A stretch of 58,225 bases of DNA from Candidatus Nanopelagicus sp. (GTDB lineage Bacteria > Actinomycetota > Actinomycetes > Nanopelagicales > Nanopelagicaceae), in the NCBI GenBank assembly GCA_051006855.1, contig JBPCSS010000021.1, forward strand, positions 1 through 58,225, written 5' to 3'. A program made the translations under genes and the position numbers. Of the stretch, positions 49,090 through 58,225 are shown piece by piece (position 1 is the stretch's first letter; every line of letters starts with the position of its first letter). The notes under the pieces are model-generated. The model made no database searches. It was not told the origin of the DNA and was given only the letters and a program-made list of their open reading frames with translations.

Positions 49090-50484
49090 ATGAAAACACA
49101 AACGCATCACAACCAAACCTTCCGTTCGGTACCAACACATTCAAAACCATTTGATACCGCTCGTCTTGAAAAATTATTTCAACAACAACTAGATTTGTAT
49201 AAATCAAATCTTAAGAGTTCAAGTGATGAGTATTTAACTGCGCTAAAAACCATTCCATTGGGTGCGCACTCAACATTCCAATCCTTTGATCCATATCCAA
49301 TCTCAATCAAGTCAGCTAAAGGTGCCTGGATGGTCGATGTTGATGGCCGCAAAATGCTTGATCTATCCATGGGCTTTGGTTCAATGTTGGTCGGTCACTT
49401 AAATCCGCTAGTAATGGCCGAGCTAAAGAGCACATTAGATATCGGAACCCTTTACACCGCACCATCACCAGATTCTCGAGATGCAGCAGAGCGCTTATGT
49501 CGTCGATTTGGAATTGATCAAATTAGATTTACTAACTCAGGCACTGAATCAACTATGTATGCAGTTAGAACAGCTCGTGCTTATACCGGCAAAGAGGGCG
49601 TAGTTAAGGTTGAAGGTGGCTACCACGGAAGTGGGGATGCATTATTGGTTTCAACCAAGCCATCCTTAGAAAAGGCTGGCCCTGAAGATGCTCCAAACTC
49701 AGTAATTGGCAACGCAGCTGTTCCAGGTTTGTCTTATGTTGTTCCATACAACAACTCTGAAGCACTTGAGCGGATTTTTGAAAAACACTCTTCAACTATC
49801 GCCTGCTTTATTGTTGAACCAGTTTTAGAAAATATTGGAATTGTTTTGCCGGATGAGGGATACCTTGAGAAGGTCCGCGAGCTATGCGATCAATACAAAA
49901 TTGTTTTAATTTTTGATGAAGTTAAGACTGGATTAACCGCCGGCCCACAAGGTGCTGCGCAAAGATTGGGTGTAATTCCAGATTTAATCTGCTTAGCAAA
50001 ATCAATTGGTGGCGGAATTCCACTTGCAGCATTTGGTGGAAAATCAGAATTTATGAAGCCAGTAACTGATGGGCGAATGCCACACCTTGGAACTTTTAAT
50101 GGTCATATCTTGGCTATGGCTGCAGTTAGAGCGGTAGATAAACTTTGTACTCCAGAGGCATTAGGTAAGGCAGAATCTTTAAATATCCAAGCATTAACAA
50201 AAATTCGCGAAATTATTGATCAGTATGAATTACCTGCTCACACCGTAGGTTTTGGTGTGAAAGGTTGCATAACTTGGTCTGATCGACCAGTGCGAAATTA
50301 CCGTGATTACAAATCAACTGATTTCCAAGTTGCCGAGCTTTCATTCCTTTGGTCGTTAAACCATGGCATTATGACGCCGCCAGGATTAGATGAGCAGTGG
50401 TTAATCTCCTTGGCCCATGATCAAGCCGAGATAGATTTTATGGTTAATGACTTTAAGGAATTAGCAAAAACTCTTCGCGGCTAA
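49090..50484 (+). CDS. Class-III PLP aminotransferase, HemL-like paralogue
   Basis: RFTNSGTE, EGGYHG, IFDEVKTG, AKSIGGG. Has PLGAHSTFQ instead of the HemL PGGVNSPVR motif. Start 49090 or 49054. Confidence 0.82.
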   Translation: MKTQTHHNQTFRSVPTHSKPFDTARLEKLFQQQLDLYKSNLKSSSDEYLTALKTIPLGAHSTFQSFDPYPISIKSAKGAWMVDVDGRKMLDLSMGFGSMLVGHLNPLVMAELKSTLDIGTLYTAPSPDSRDAAERLCRRFGIDQIRFTNSGTESTMYAVRTARAYTGKEGVVKVEGGYHGSGDALLVSTKPSLEKAGPEDAPNSVIGNAAVPGLSYVVPYNNSEALERIFEKHSSTIACFIVEPVLENIGIVLPDEGYLEKVRELCDQYKIVLIFDEVKTGLTAGPQGAAQRLGVIPDLICLAKSIGGGIPLAAFGGKSEFMKPVTDGRMPHLGTFNGHILAMAAVRAVDKLCTPEALGKAESLNIQALTKIREIIDQYELPAHTVGFGVKGCITWSDRPVRNYRDYKSTDFQVAELSFLWSLNHGIMTPPGLDEQWLISLAHDQAEIDFMVNDFKELAKTLRG

Positions 50485-50485
50485 T

Positions 50486-51970
50486 TTAGGTATTTTGTGG
50501 GAAACCTAAATTAATTCCACCATGGCTTGGATCTAACCACCTACTGGTAACCACCTTGCCACGAGTAAAGAAATGAACACCCTCTGTGCCATGCGCATGT
50601 GAGTCGCCAAATAATGAGTTCTTCCAACCGCCAAATGAGAAGTAAGCCATTGGTACTGGAATCGGAACGTTAATACCAACCATGCCAACCTCAACCTCAT
50701 TTTGAAAACGTCGGGCAGCACCACCATCATTGGTAAAGATCGCAGTTCCATTTCCATATTGGTGATCATTTACTAACTTAAGCGCCTGGTCATAACTCTG
50801 CACGCGAATAACGCTAAGCACTGGGCCAAATATCTCCTCTTGGTAGATACTCATACTTGGTTTAACCTGATCAAACAAGGTTGGTCCAAGCCAAAATCCT
50901 TCGCCATCGACAACAACTTTTCTGCCATCAAAAACAATCTTGGCGCCCTCTTTTTCACCAGCTTCAATATATGAAGCAACTTTGTCGCGGTGCACCTTGG
51001 TAACAAGTGGACCCATGTCAGCACCCTTTGTGCCATCACCAGTTTTAATCTTGGTTGCGCGCTCGGTAATCTTTTCAATCAACTTATCGGCAATTGGTTC
51101 AACTGCAACAATTGCAGAGATCGCCATGCACCGCTCACCTGCTGAGCCAAAGCCTGCGTTAATTGCCGCATCGGCTGCTAAATCTAAATCTGCATCAGGC
51201 AAAACGATCATGTGGTTTTTAGCTCCACCTAAGGCCTGCACTCGCTTGCCAGCCTTTGTGCCATTTTCATAAACATATTTTGCAATTGGAGTTGATCCAA
51301 CAAATGAAACTGACTTAATTCCAGGGTGGGTTAAAAGTGCATCGACTGCAACCTTGTCGCCATGCACCACATTAAATACACCCTCTGGCAGACCGGCCTC
51401 TTTTAATAATTGGGCAACCAACATAATTGCACTTGGATCCTTCTCAGATGGTTTAACAATTACAGTATTTCCACAAGCGATTGCAATTGGGAAAAACCAC
51501 ATTGGCACCATGGCTGGGAAATTAAATGGTGAAATTACTGCAACTGGTCCTAATGGTTGGCGAATTGAGTAAACATCCACGCCAGTTGAAACCTCTTCAG
51601 AAAATCCACCCTTTAGTAAATGGGGAATACCGCAAGCAAACTCCACAACCTCAAGGCCACGGGTGACTTCACCGAAGGCATCACTTAGTACTTTGCCATG
51701 CTCTTGCGTAATTAAAGCTGCTAATTTTTCTTTGTTTTGATTTACTAATTCCCGAAAGGCAAACAACACCTGGGTGCGCTTTGTTAATGAACTGTGTCGC
51801 CAAGTCTCAAATGCTTTAGTGGCAACATTGACAGCCAAATCCACAGTTTGCGGTGTTGCAAAATTTACCTTTGCGCAAATCTGACCGGTAGCTGGGTTAT
51901 ATACATCACCAGTTCGCTCTGATTTCTCATTTGATAATGCGCCATTAATCCAGTGTGAAATAGTTTCCAT
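50486..51970 (-). CDS. mmsA: CoA-acylating (methyl)malonate-semialdehyde dehydrogenase
   Basis: PFNFPAMVP, SFVGSTP, GGAKNH, GSAGERCMA, FSFGGWK. Start at ATG 51970. Confidence 0.92.
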   Translation of the reverse strand: METISHWINGALSNEKSERTGDVYNPATGQICAKVNFATPQTVDLAVNVATKAFETWRHSSLTKRTQVLFAFRELVNQNKEKLAALITQEHGKVLSDAFGEVTRGLEVVEFACGIPHLLKGGFSEEVSTGVDVYSIRQPLGPVAVISPFNFPAMVPMWFFPIAIACGNTVIVKPSEKDPSAIMLVAQLLKEAGLPEGVFNVVHGDKVAVDALLTHPGIKSVSFVGSTPIAKYVYENGTKAGKRVQALGGAKNHMIVLPDADLDLAADAAINAGFGSAGERCMAISAIVAVEPIADKLIEKITERATKIKTGDGTKGADMGPLVTKVHRDKVASYIEAGEKEGAKIVFDGRKVVVDGEGFWLGPTLFDQVKPSMSIYQEEIFGPVLSVIRVQSYDQALKLVNDHQYGNGTAIFTNDGGAARRFQNEVEVGMVGINVPIPVPMAYFSFGGWKNSLFGDSHAHGTEGVHFFTRGKVVTSRWLDPSHGGINLGFPQNT

Positions 51971-52083
51971 ATCGCAACCATACCTCAAAGGTTTTACCGC
52001 CATGAAATTACCCCTTTCTACCAAAATAATGGGATAAGTGATTAGATTGGACTACATAATTAGGCCAGCCAAAAGGGAGCAAT

Positions 52084-53421
52084 GTGAGTACCCCAGAAAA
52101 TAACCCAGATAAAGCAGCAAAGGTTTTTGCTGATGACCGTGCCAATGTTTTTCACTCATGGTCAGCGCAAGGGCAAATTTCACCAATGACGGTGGCCGGT
52201 GGCGCCGGTTCTTACTTTTGGGATTTTAATGGCAAGAAGTATTTAGATTTTTCCTGTCAATTAGTTTTCACAAATATTGGCCATCAACATCCAAAAGTCA
52301 TTTCAGCAATAAAAGAGCAGGCAGATATTTTGGCAACAGTTGCACCGCAACATGCTAATGAGGCGCGAAATGAAGCAGCAAAGCGAATTACTTCAGTTGC
52401 CGGAGATAGTTTTAAGAAAGTTTTCTTCACAAATGGTGGCGCAGATGGAATTGAAAATGCGATTCGAATGGCCAGACTACACACCAATAAACACAAAGTT
52501 TTATCAACCTATCGTTCTTATCACGGCAATACTGGCTCTGCGATAAATGCAACTGGTGATCCACGAAGATTTCCAAATGAGTTTGGCTTTGGACATGTTC
52601 ACTTCTGGGGTCCTTATCTATATCGCACCGCTTTTTGGGCAAGTAATCAAGAGGAGGAGTGCCAGCGAGCACTTGAACATTTAGAGCAAACAATTATTTT
52701 TGAAGGTCCAAAAACAATTGCTGCAATTTTAATTGAATCAGTGCCCGGAACAGCTGGCGTGCTGGTGCCACCTGCTGGTTACTTAGATGGTCTGCGGGCG
52801 CTCTGCGATAAGTATGAAATTGTTTGGATTGCCGATGAGGTTATGTCTGGCTTTGGTCGAACTGGTAAATGGTTTGGCTTCCAACACTCAAAATCTACTC
52901 CAGATTTAATTGTTTTTGCCAAGGGTGTGACTTCAGGTTACATCCCACTTGGTGGAGTAATAATTCCAGAGAAAATTGCAAAAACATTTGATGAAAGAGT
53001 ATTTCCTGGTGGACTTACCTACTCAGGTCATCCAATTGCCTGCGCAACTGCAGTTGCAACAATTGATGTAATGAAGAGTGAGAAGATGGTTGAAAATGCT
53101 GCCAGCATTGGCGAGAAGATTCTTGGTCCTGGTTTAAATGAATTAGCTAAAAAACATCAAGTAATTGGTGATATTAGAGGAGCTGGTGTTTTCTGGGGCG
53201 TTGATATGGTTACCGATAGAAAAACACGTGAACCACTAGCGCCATATGGTGCATCTAGTCCAAAGATGAATGAGATTGTGGCAACTTGTAAGAAGAATGG
53301 TTTGATGCCATTTAACAACTTCAATCGCATTCATATGGTGCCACCTTGTAACATCTCTGAAAGTGATGCCAAGTTGGGCTTAGAGCTACTATCTAAATCA
53401 CTAACTGAGGTTGGTCTATAG
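52084..53421 (+). CDS. Class-III omega-amino acid aminotransferase (beta-alanine/taurine:pyruvate type)
   Basis: VFHSWSAQ, FTNGGAD, SYHG, ADEVMSGFGRTG, FAKGVTSGY, GLTYSGHP; GGGAG RBS. Confidence 0.88.
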   Translation: MSTPENNPDKAAKVFADDRANVFHSWSAQGQISPMTVAGGAGSYFWDFNGKKYLDFSCQLVFTNIGHQHPKVISAIKEQADILATVAPQHANEARNEAAKRITSVAGDSFKKVFFTNGGADGIENAIRMARLHTNKHKVLSTYRSYHGNTGSAINATGDPRRFPNEFGFGHVHFWGPYLYRTAFWASNQEEECQRALEHLEQTIIFEGPKTIAAILIESVPGTAGVLVPPAGYLDGLRALCDKYEIVWIADEVMSGFGRTGKWFGFQHSKSTPDLIVFAKGVTSGYIPLGGVIIPEKIAKTFDERVFPGGLTYSGHPIACATAVATIDVMKSEKMVENAASIGEKILGPGLNELAKKHQVIGDIRGAGVFWGVDMVTDRKTREPLAPYGASSPKMNEIVATCKKNGLMPFNNFNRIHMVPPCNISESDAKLGLELLSKSLTEVGL

Positions 53422-53525
53422 CATCTTGTAGTTTTAACTAAGGTAATCCACAGTTTTTTTATTTGCGATTACTTTACTTATTCAAACTCTTTATAGTTTC
53501 CAAACACAAACATTTTTGGAGCTAT

Positions 53526-53738
53526 ATGAACCCTTCACTACAAATTATTAAGATCACTCTGTTCTTAAAATCAAAGGCAGCGGCAGTTATAAAAAAAGAG
53601 AGCCGGGGAGATGTCCCGGGCTGGGTATTAGTTGTTTTAATGACCACCGCATTAGTAACTGGAATTTGGTCAATTGCTGCGCCCAAACTAACCACGATCT
53701 TGCGCAACTCATTGGATGCAATGGGCGGTATCAGGTAG
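53526..53738 (+). CDS. Actinobacterial Flp-like pilin
   Basis: ESRG|DVPGWVLVVLMT followed by a single hydrophobic helix; GGAG RBS before ATG 53526. Confidence 0.75.
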   Translation: MNPSLQIIKITLFLKSKAAAVIKKESRGDVPGWVLVVLMTTALVTGIWSIAAPKLTTILRNSLDAMGGIR

Positions 53739-54062
53739 TTGCGCAAGCTATTACTTGCCCACAGCCGAGGATCAGTTGAATCATTTCTAACCATACTTCC
53801 GCAGGTTTTTGTATTTTTAGTTATGTTTCAACTGGTCTTTATGCAATTTAATGTGATGACAGATACCAATCTTTATCAAGGTGAGCTAGCCAAGATTGCG
53901 ATCAATGGTGAATCTGGTAATTACCAAAGGTATCCATTAATTGGTGGTGGCTCACTACTACTTGTAAATCGAGAAGAAAATATAAAAAAGTTTATAGATT
54001 TTGGCAATATATCAAGACGCAAAGTATTAGCGATTGCAGTTGATGAGGATGAGAGTAATTAA
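53739..54062 (+). CDS. TadE-like minor pilin (divergent)
   Basis: SRG|SVESFL prepilin-like site followed by a TM helix; abuts the pilin gene. Confidence 0.55.
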   Translation: MRKLLLAHSRGSVESFLTILPQVFVFLVMFQLVFMQFNVMTDTNLYQGELAKIAINGESGNYQRYPLIGGGSLLLVNREENIKKFIDFGNISRRKVLAIAVDEDESN

Positions 54063-54447
54063 ATATATAAATAAGTCAGATCCAGGCTCTGCAATTGCAG
54101 AGTTTGTAATCTTTACCCTGCCATTTTTCACGGCATTTCTTATTCTCATCACCGCCATACAAAATCGATCAATGGCTATTTCAGAAAGTAAGAATCTGGC
54201 AAGACAAAGCGTGCGAGCCTTTGTAAGTAGCCCTAATGAGGAGTTAGCAATGGCGCGGGCCTTTCAAGTACTTGAGATCTATAAATCCAAACAATCTAGA
54301 GCTACTAAAAGAGAGCGTGAGATTGAACTTAATCTCACCTGCGCTTTTTATCCCTGTTTTATGCCAGGTAATTTAGTAACTGCCACGATTAAAGTAGGAA
54401 ATGATCAGACCGCATCTGCATCAGAGTATGTAGATCTATGGCGATAA
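54043..54447 (+). CDS. TadE-like minor pilin
   Basis: DPG|SAIAEF with Glu at +5; ARQSVRAFV; C...PC..PG motif. Confidence 0.75.
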   Translation: MRMRVIKYINKSDPGSAIAEFVIFTLPFFTAFLILITAIQNRSMAISESKNLARQSVRAFVSSPNEELAMARAFQVLEIYKSKQSRATKREREIELNLTCAFYPCFMPGNLVTATIKVGNDQTASASEYVDLWR

Positions 54448-54908
54448 AAAAGTGGCTAAACCATCAAAGCCGCGGTTCTTTGATTCCACTCTCATTTGGC
54501 TTCTTCCTGCTAGCGATGAGTTTGTCATTTATCTCAATCAATATTGCATCTGCTTATTCGATAAAGAAAGAGCTAACTAATGTGGCAGAGAGTGCGATAA
54601 ATAAATCAGCTCAATCAATTAACTCATTGGCCTACTACGCGCAGCTAAATAGATTTAGCAATAACAAGCGAGTACCACTTGATTGTTTAGCAGCAAATAT
54701 AAAATTTCATTCACTCATAAAACAGGTGCAGATCTCTGGAAAAAGTATCCAAGTAAGCTCATTTAATTGCCAACTTTATGAACTCTCTGCCGAAGTTTCG
54801 ATTGTTGGAGATCTACCAATCCAGATTCCATTTATAGATAGTAATCAGTTAAACAATCTAACAATCACCACTAAAGTTGGCGCAAGTTCGGTATACATCC
54901 CTAATTAG
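54438..54908 (+). CDS. TadG-like pilin-associated protein
   Basis: SRG|SLIPL plus TM; ELTNVAESA resembles the Tad L...AD.AA motif; two Cys. Confidence 0.65.
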   Translation: MAIKKWLNHQSRGSLIPLSFGFFLLAMSLSFISINIASAYSIKKELTNVAESAINKSAQSINSLAYYAQLNRFSNNKRVPLDCLAANIKFHSLIKQVQISGKSIQVSSFNCQLYELSAEVSIVGDLPIQIPFIDSNQLNNLTITTKVGASSVYIPN

Positions 54909-54922
54909 ATTACCCTTACCCC

Positions 54923-56029
54923 ATGGCCGCCCGTGATTATCAAGATGAGATAGGTAAGGTTGATTTAACTCTTAAATCAATTGAGCAAGTCTTAAACCTA
55001 CCCAAATTGATTGAAACTGCTGCCGATTTAGAAAAACAGGCGAGTGTGCCAAATCTTTGGGATGACCCACAAGCAGCCCAAGTAATTACCAGTAAATTAT
55101 CTAGAGCCCAATCAACAATAAATAAGATCAACTCAATTAGATCTAGATTAAATGATCTACCAGTAATGGTTGAGTTATCTGCGGCCGAGAGTGATAAGGC
55201 AGCTGCCTTTAAAGATGTTGATAAAGAGTTAGATGAGCTAACAAAGGTAATTAACGATCTTGAGGTGCAGACGCTACTAAGTGGTGAGTATGACGAACGT
55301 GATGCATTAATGACTATTCGCTCAGAGGCTGGTGGAGTTGAGGCAGCAGATTGGGCACAGATGTTGATGCGTATGTATCTTCGATACTGCGAGCGACATA
55401 ATTACAAAGTAGAGGTTTTAGAAACCTCCTACGCCGAAGAGGCAGGAATTAAATCAACTACATTTAGAATTTCATCTCCATATGCTTATGGCCGGCTTTC
55501 AGTCGAACAAGGAACACATCGCTTAGTTCGTATTTCACCCTTTGATTCCCAATCTCGTCGTCACACCTCCTTTGCTGGTGTTGAGGTTGTGCCAGTTGTA
55601 GAACAAAGTGATCACATTGAGATTGAAGAAAAAGATTTAAGAGTTGATGTTTACCGCTCCTCTGGTCCTGGTGGACAAGGTGTAAATACCACTGACTCTG
55701 CAGTGCGCATTACCCACCTTCCATCTGGGATTGTCGTCTCCTGTCAAAATGAAAGATCTCAAATTCAAAACCGGGCAACAGCTATGGCAGTTTTGCAATC
55801 TAAATTATTAGAACGTCGCAGATTAGAAGAGCGTGCAAAGATGGATGCATTAAAGGGAGATAACTCAGGATCCTGGGGAAATCAAATGCGATCTTATGTT
55901 CTTGCTCCATATCAAATGGTTAAGGATTTGCGAACTGATTTTGAAGTTGGAAATCCATCTGGTGTATTAGATGGAGATCTTGATGGATTTATTGAGGCTG
56001 GTATTAAATGGCGCAAGGGGCGCGAGTAA
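54923..56029 (+). CDS. prfB: Peptide chain release factor 2
   Basis: SPF and GGQ motifs; continuous ORF. Confidence 0.97.
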   Translation: MAARDYQDEIGKVDLTLKSIEQVLNLPKLIETAADLEKQASVPNLWDDPQAAQVITSKLSRAQSTINKINSIRSRLNDLPVMVELSAAESDKAAAFKDVDKELDELTKVINDLEVQTLLSGEYDERDALMTIRSEAGGVEAADWAQMLMRMYLRYCERHNYKVEVLETSYAEEAGIKSTTFRISSPYAYGRLSVEQGTHRLVRISPFDSQSRRHTSFAGVEVVPVVEQSDHIEIEEKDLRVDVYRSSGPGGQGVNTTDSAVRITHLPSGIVVSCQNERSQIQNRATAMAVLQSKLLERRRLEERAKMDALKGDNSGSWGNQMRSYVLAPYQMVKDLRTDFEVGNPSGVLDGDLDGFIEAGIKWRKGRE

Positions 56030-56153
56030 TCTCACATTTTGCGTTAATTCTCAGCTTTTAATTGCGAAAAGTAGTGGTAAATCACCAGATTAATCTGATT
56101 ACTTATCTAAACTACTCGTAGTTGATCTACACACCTGATTGAAGGGTTTTAAA

Positions 56154-56843
56154 TTGATTCGCTTTGAGAATGTAACCAAGTTATATCCAAGACAGGATAA
56201 AGCTGCCCTAGATGGCGTGAATCTGGAAATATCAAAGGGCGAGTTTGTTTTCCTAGTTGGATTATCTGGCTCAGGTAAATCAACCTTTTTAAGATTAGTT
56301 TTGCGCGAAGAGCGACCAAGTGCGGGTGTAATTCATGTGGCGGGTAAAGATTTAAATGCGCTGGCAAACCAGAAGGTGCCTGAGCTGCGCCGGCAGGTAG
56401 GAACTGTTTTCCAAGATTTTAGATTGCTACCAAATAAAACTGTCTCTGAAAATGTTGCCTTCACATTGCATGTGCTTGGCTACTCAAATAAACAAATCAG
56501 CCGAGATGTGCCCGAGGTTTTAGAGCTTGTTGGTTTAGAGGAAAAAGGGGATCGAAAGCCAAGTGAGCTATCTGGCGGTGAGCAACAAAGAGTTGCAATT
56601 GCCAGAGCTTATGTCTCTCGCCCAACGATTTTGATTGCCGATGAGCCAACTGGAAATCTAGATCCAGCCACCTCGGTGGGAATTATGAAATTACTAGATC
56701 GCATCAACCGAGAGGGCACCACAGTGGTGATGGCAACCCATGATGCCGGAATTGTCGATCAGATGCGCAAGCGAGTTATTGAATTAGAAGGTGGTCATGT
56801 CATCCGAGATCAGGCTCGTGGTGTCTATGGCTATACCGGCTAA
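56154..56843 (+). CDS. ftsE: Cell division ATP-binding protein FtsE
   Basis: [38 protein letters not shown] start at 56154 or 56139. Confidence 0.95.
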   Translation: MIRFENVTKLYPRQDKAALDGVNLEISKGEFVFLVGLSGSGKSTFLRLVLREERPSAGVIHVAGKDLNALANQKVPELRRQVGTVFQDFRLLPNKTVSENVAFTLHVLGYSNKQISRDVPEVLELVGLEEKGDRKPSELSGGEQQRVAIARAYVSRPTILIADEPTGNLDPATSVGIMKLLDRINREGTTVVMATHDAGIVDQMRKRVIELEGGHVIRDQARGVYGYTG

Positions 56844-56873
56844 AGCGAAGATAAGAAAAGATAGGGTTACCAA

Positions 56874-57776
56874 ATGCGCGCTAAATTTGTAATGAGTGAG
56901 GTGGGCATTGGCCTGCGCCGAAATTTAACTATGACATTTGCGGTGGTAATTACAGTTGCAATTTCACTATCCCTGCTTGGCATCGGCTTACTTGCTAATT
57001 CTCAGGTGCGCGTAATGAAAGATTATTGGTATGACAAGATCGAGGTATCAATATTTCTCTGTGGCTCACTCTCGGAAGGTCAATCTTGTTCTAATGGTGT
57101 TATCACACAGGATCAAAAAATTGGTATTCAACGAGATCTCCAAGCACTTCCAGTTGTGCAAGAGGTTTACTACGAATCACAGAGTGAAGCATTTAAGCGT
57201 TTCCAAGAGAGATTTAAAGGCTCAGCAATTGCTCAAAATGTCACACCAGATCAACTTCCAGAGTCATTTCGGGTAAAGCTTAAGGATCCAACTAAGTTTG
57301 CGGTAATTGAAAGTGCCTTTGCTGGCCGACCTGGTGTTGATATTGTGCAAGATCAACAGGCAATTTTAGAGAAGTTCTTTAGATTACTGGGCGTATTGCG
57401 AAATGGCGCATTAGTTATTGGCGCAGCTTCGGTACTAACTGCAGCTTTATTAATCAGCAACACTTTGCGAATTGCCGCCTTTAATCGAAGACGTGAAACT
57501 GGGGTTATGAAGTTAGTTGGCGCTTCTAGTTTTTCAATTCAACTGCCTTTCTTGCTTGAAGGTGTATTTGCAGCCCTCTTTGGTTGGTTAGTTTCAACTG
57601 GCTTTTTGGCTGGCTTTAAATCGATTGTGGATTCCAAAGTGGCGCCACTTTTGACCTTTACGCAATTTTTTACCTGGAAAGATGTGTGGGTAGCAAGTGC
57701 TTGGTTACTTCTAACTGGATTACTAGTCTCCGGAATTGCATCAGTACTAACCCTTCGTAAATACCTAAAGGTTTAA
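56874..57776 (+). CDS. ftsX: Cell division permease-like protein FtsX
   Basis: GLRRNLTMT, LPESFRVKL, RRRETGVMKLVGA, PFLLEG. Confidence 0.95.
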   Translation: MRAKFVMSEVGIGLRRNLTMTFAVVITVAISLSLLGIGLLANSQVRVMKDYWYDKIEVSIFLCGSLSEGQSCSNGVITQDQKIGIQRDLQALPVVQEVYYESQSEAFKRFQERFKGSAIAQNVTPDQLPESFRVKLKDPTKFAVIESAFAGRPGVDIVQDQQAILEKFFRLLGVLRNGALVIGAASVLTAALLISNTLRIAAFNRRRETGVMKLVGASSFSIQLPFLLEGVFAALFGWLVSTGFLAGFKSIVDSKVAPLLTFTQFFTWKDVWVASAWLLLTGLLVSGIASVLTLRKYLKV

Positions 57777-57809
57777 CCACCACCAAACAATTTAGATTGG
57801 GGGTTGCTT

Positions 57810-58225
57810 GTGGTCAAAGAGTTAGGCAAGAAAGTAATTGCCCAAAATAAAAGCGCCCGTCATGATTACTTTATTGAAGAGGTATATGAGTGCGGCTTGG
57901 TATTAACTGGAACCGAGGTTAAATCTCTAAGAGCAGGTAGAGCCTCATTAACTGATGGTTATGCGATGGCTAAAGATGGTGAGATCTGGGTAAGTGGCAT
58001 CCATATCCCTGAATACAACCAAGGCTCATGGACAAATCATCCACCACGGCGTGATCGTAAATTACTTTTGCATAAGCGCGAGATTGCGCAAATTTCAGGT
58101 GTAATAAAACAAGGTGGCTTAACCTTAATTCCACTCTCACTTTATTTTAAAGATGGAAAAGCAAAGGTTGAGATCGCAGTAGCTAAGGGCAAGAAAGCAC
58201 ATGACAAACGAAATACTTTGATGGA
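57810..58225 (+). CDS. smpB: SsrA-binding protein, runs off the window end
   Basis: Not in the ORF track. [43 protein letters not shown]...RDRKLLLHK; ftsEX-smpB synteny. Confidence 0.95.
   Translation, partial: MVKELGKKVIAQNKSARHDYFIEEVYECGLVLTGTEVKSLRAGRASLTDGYAMAKDGEIWVSGIHIPEYNQGSWTNHPPRRDRKLLLHKREIAQISGVIKQGGLTLIPLSLYFKDGKAKVEIAVAKGKKAHDKRNTLM

Noticed and set aside
49090-50484. Calling this gene hemL
   Set aside because: The HemL-specific N-terminal motif is replaced and there is no hem gene context.
53444-53452. DnaA box (TAATCCACA) upstream of the pilin cassette
   Set aside because: A single one-mismatch copy is expected by chance, and there is no origin context.
54923-56029. Programmed +1 frameshift in prfB
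   Set aside because: The ORF is continuous with no internal CTT-TGA site, as is usual in Actinobacteria.
1-58225. CRISPR arrays, IS elements or integrases, prophage, defence systems, rRNA, tRNA, tmRNA
   Set aside because: No repeat-spacer pattern, transposase, integrase or phage ORF, or RNA-gene signature was seen. ssrA would be expected after smpB, beyond the window end.

Overview
A very compact, low-GC (about 40% by eye) actinobacterial chromosome segment. Gene content, synteny and near-absent intergenic DNA fit a streamlined freshwater acI lineage (Ca. Nanopelagicales); this is an inference. It carries core blocks: pmm-punA-maf; ugd/LCP/GT2; dapD; DUF3117-pepA-OMT-htrA-tatB-mrp; mshB-cysS-fdxA-dapC; manC-whiB2-GT2-DUF5719-DUF3499-manB-ahcY-mtrAB-comF-secA; pdtaS-whiB1; msrAB; and prfB-ftsEX-smpB. 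An accessory stretch (about 44.4-53.4 kb) holds wzm/wzt, TerC, an FAD oxidase, two class-III aminotransferases and mmsA. I saw no rRNA, tRNA, CRISPR array, IS element or prophage. The main oddities are: a PurK homologue with an intact frame but no ATP-grasp core; a stand-alone sigma-region-4 mini-protein near the place where sigE-rseA is missing; a Tad/Flp pilin cassette without motor genes, plus a remote SAF protein and degenerate P-loop partner; a short archaeal/Firmicutes-type AhcY at the native ahcY position; a candidate structured RNA upstream of msrAB; at least 17 genes with an exact TAnnnT-N6-start (leaderless) layout; and two small proteins missed by the ORF track. All family calls come from recalled motifs, not database searches.
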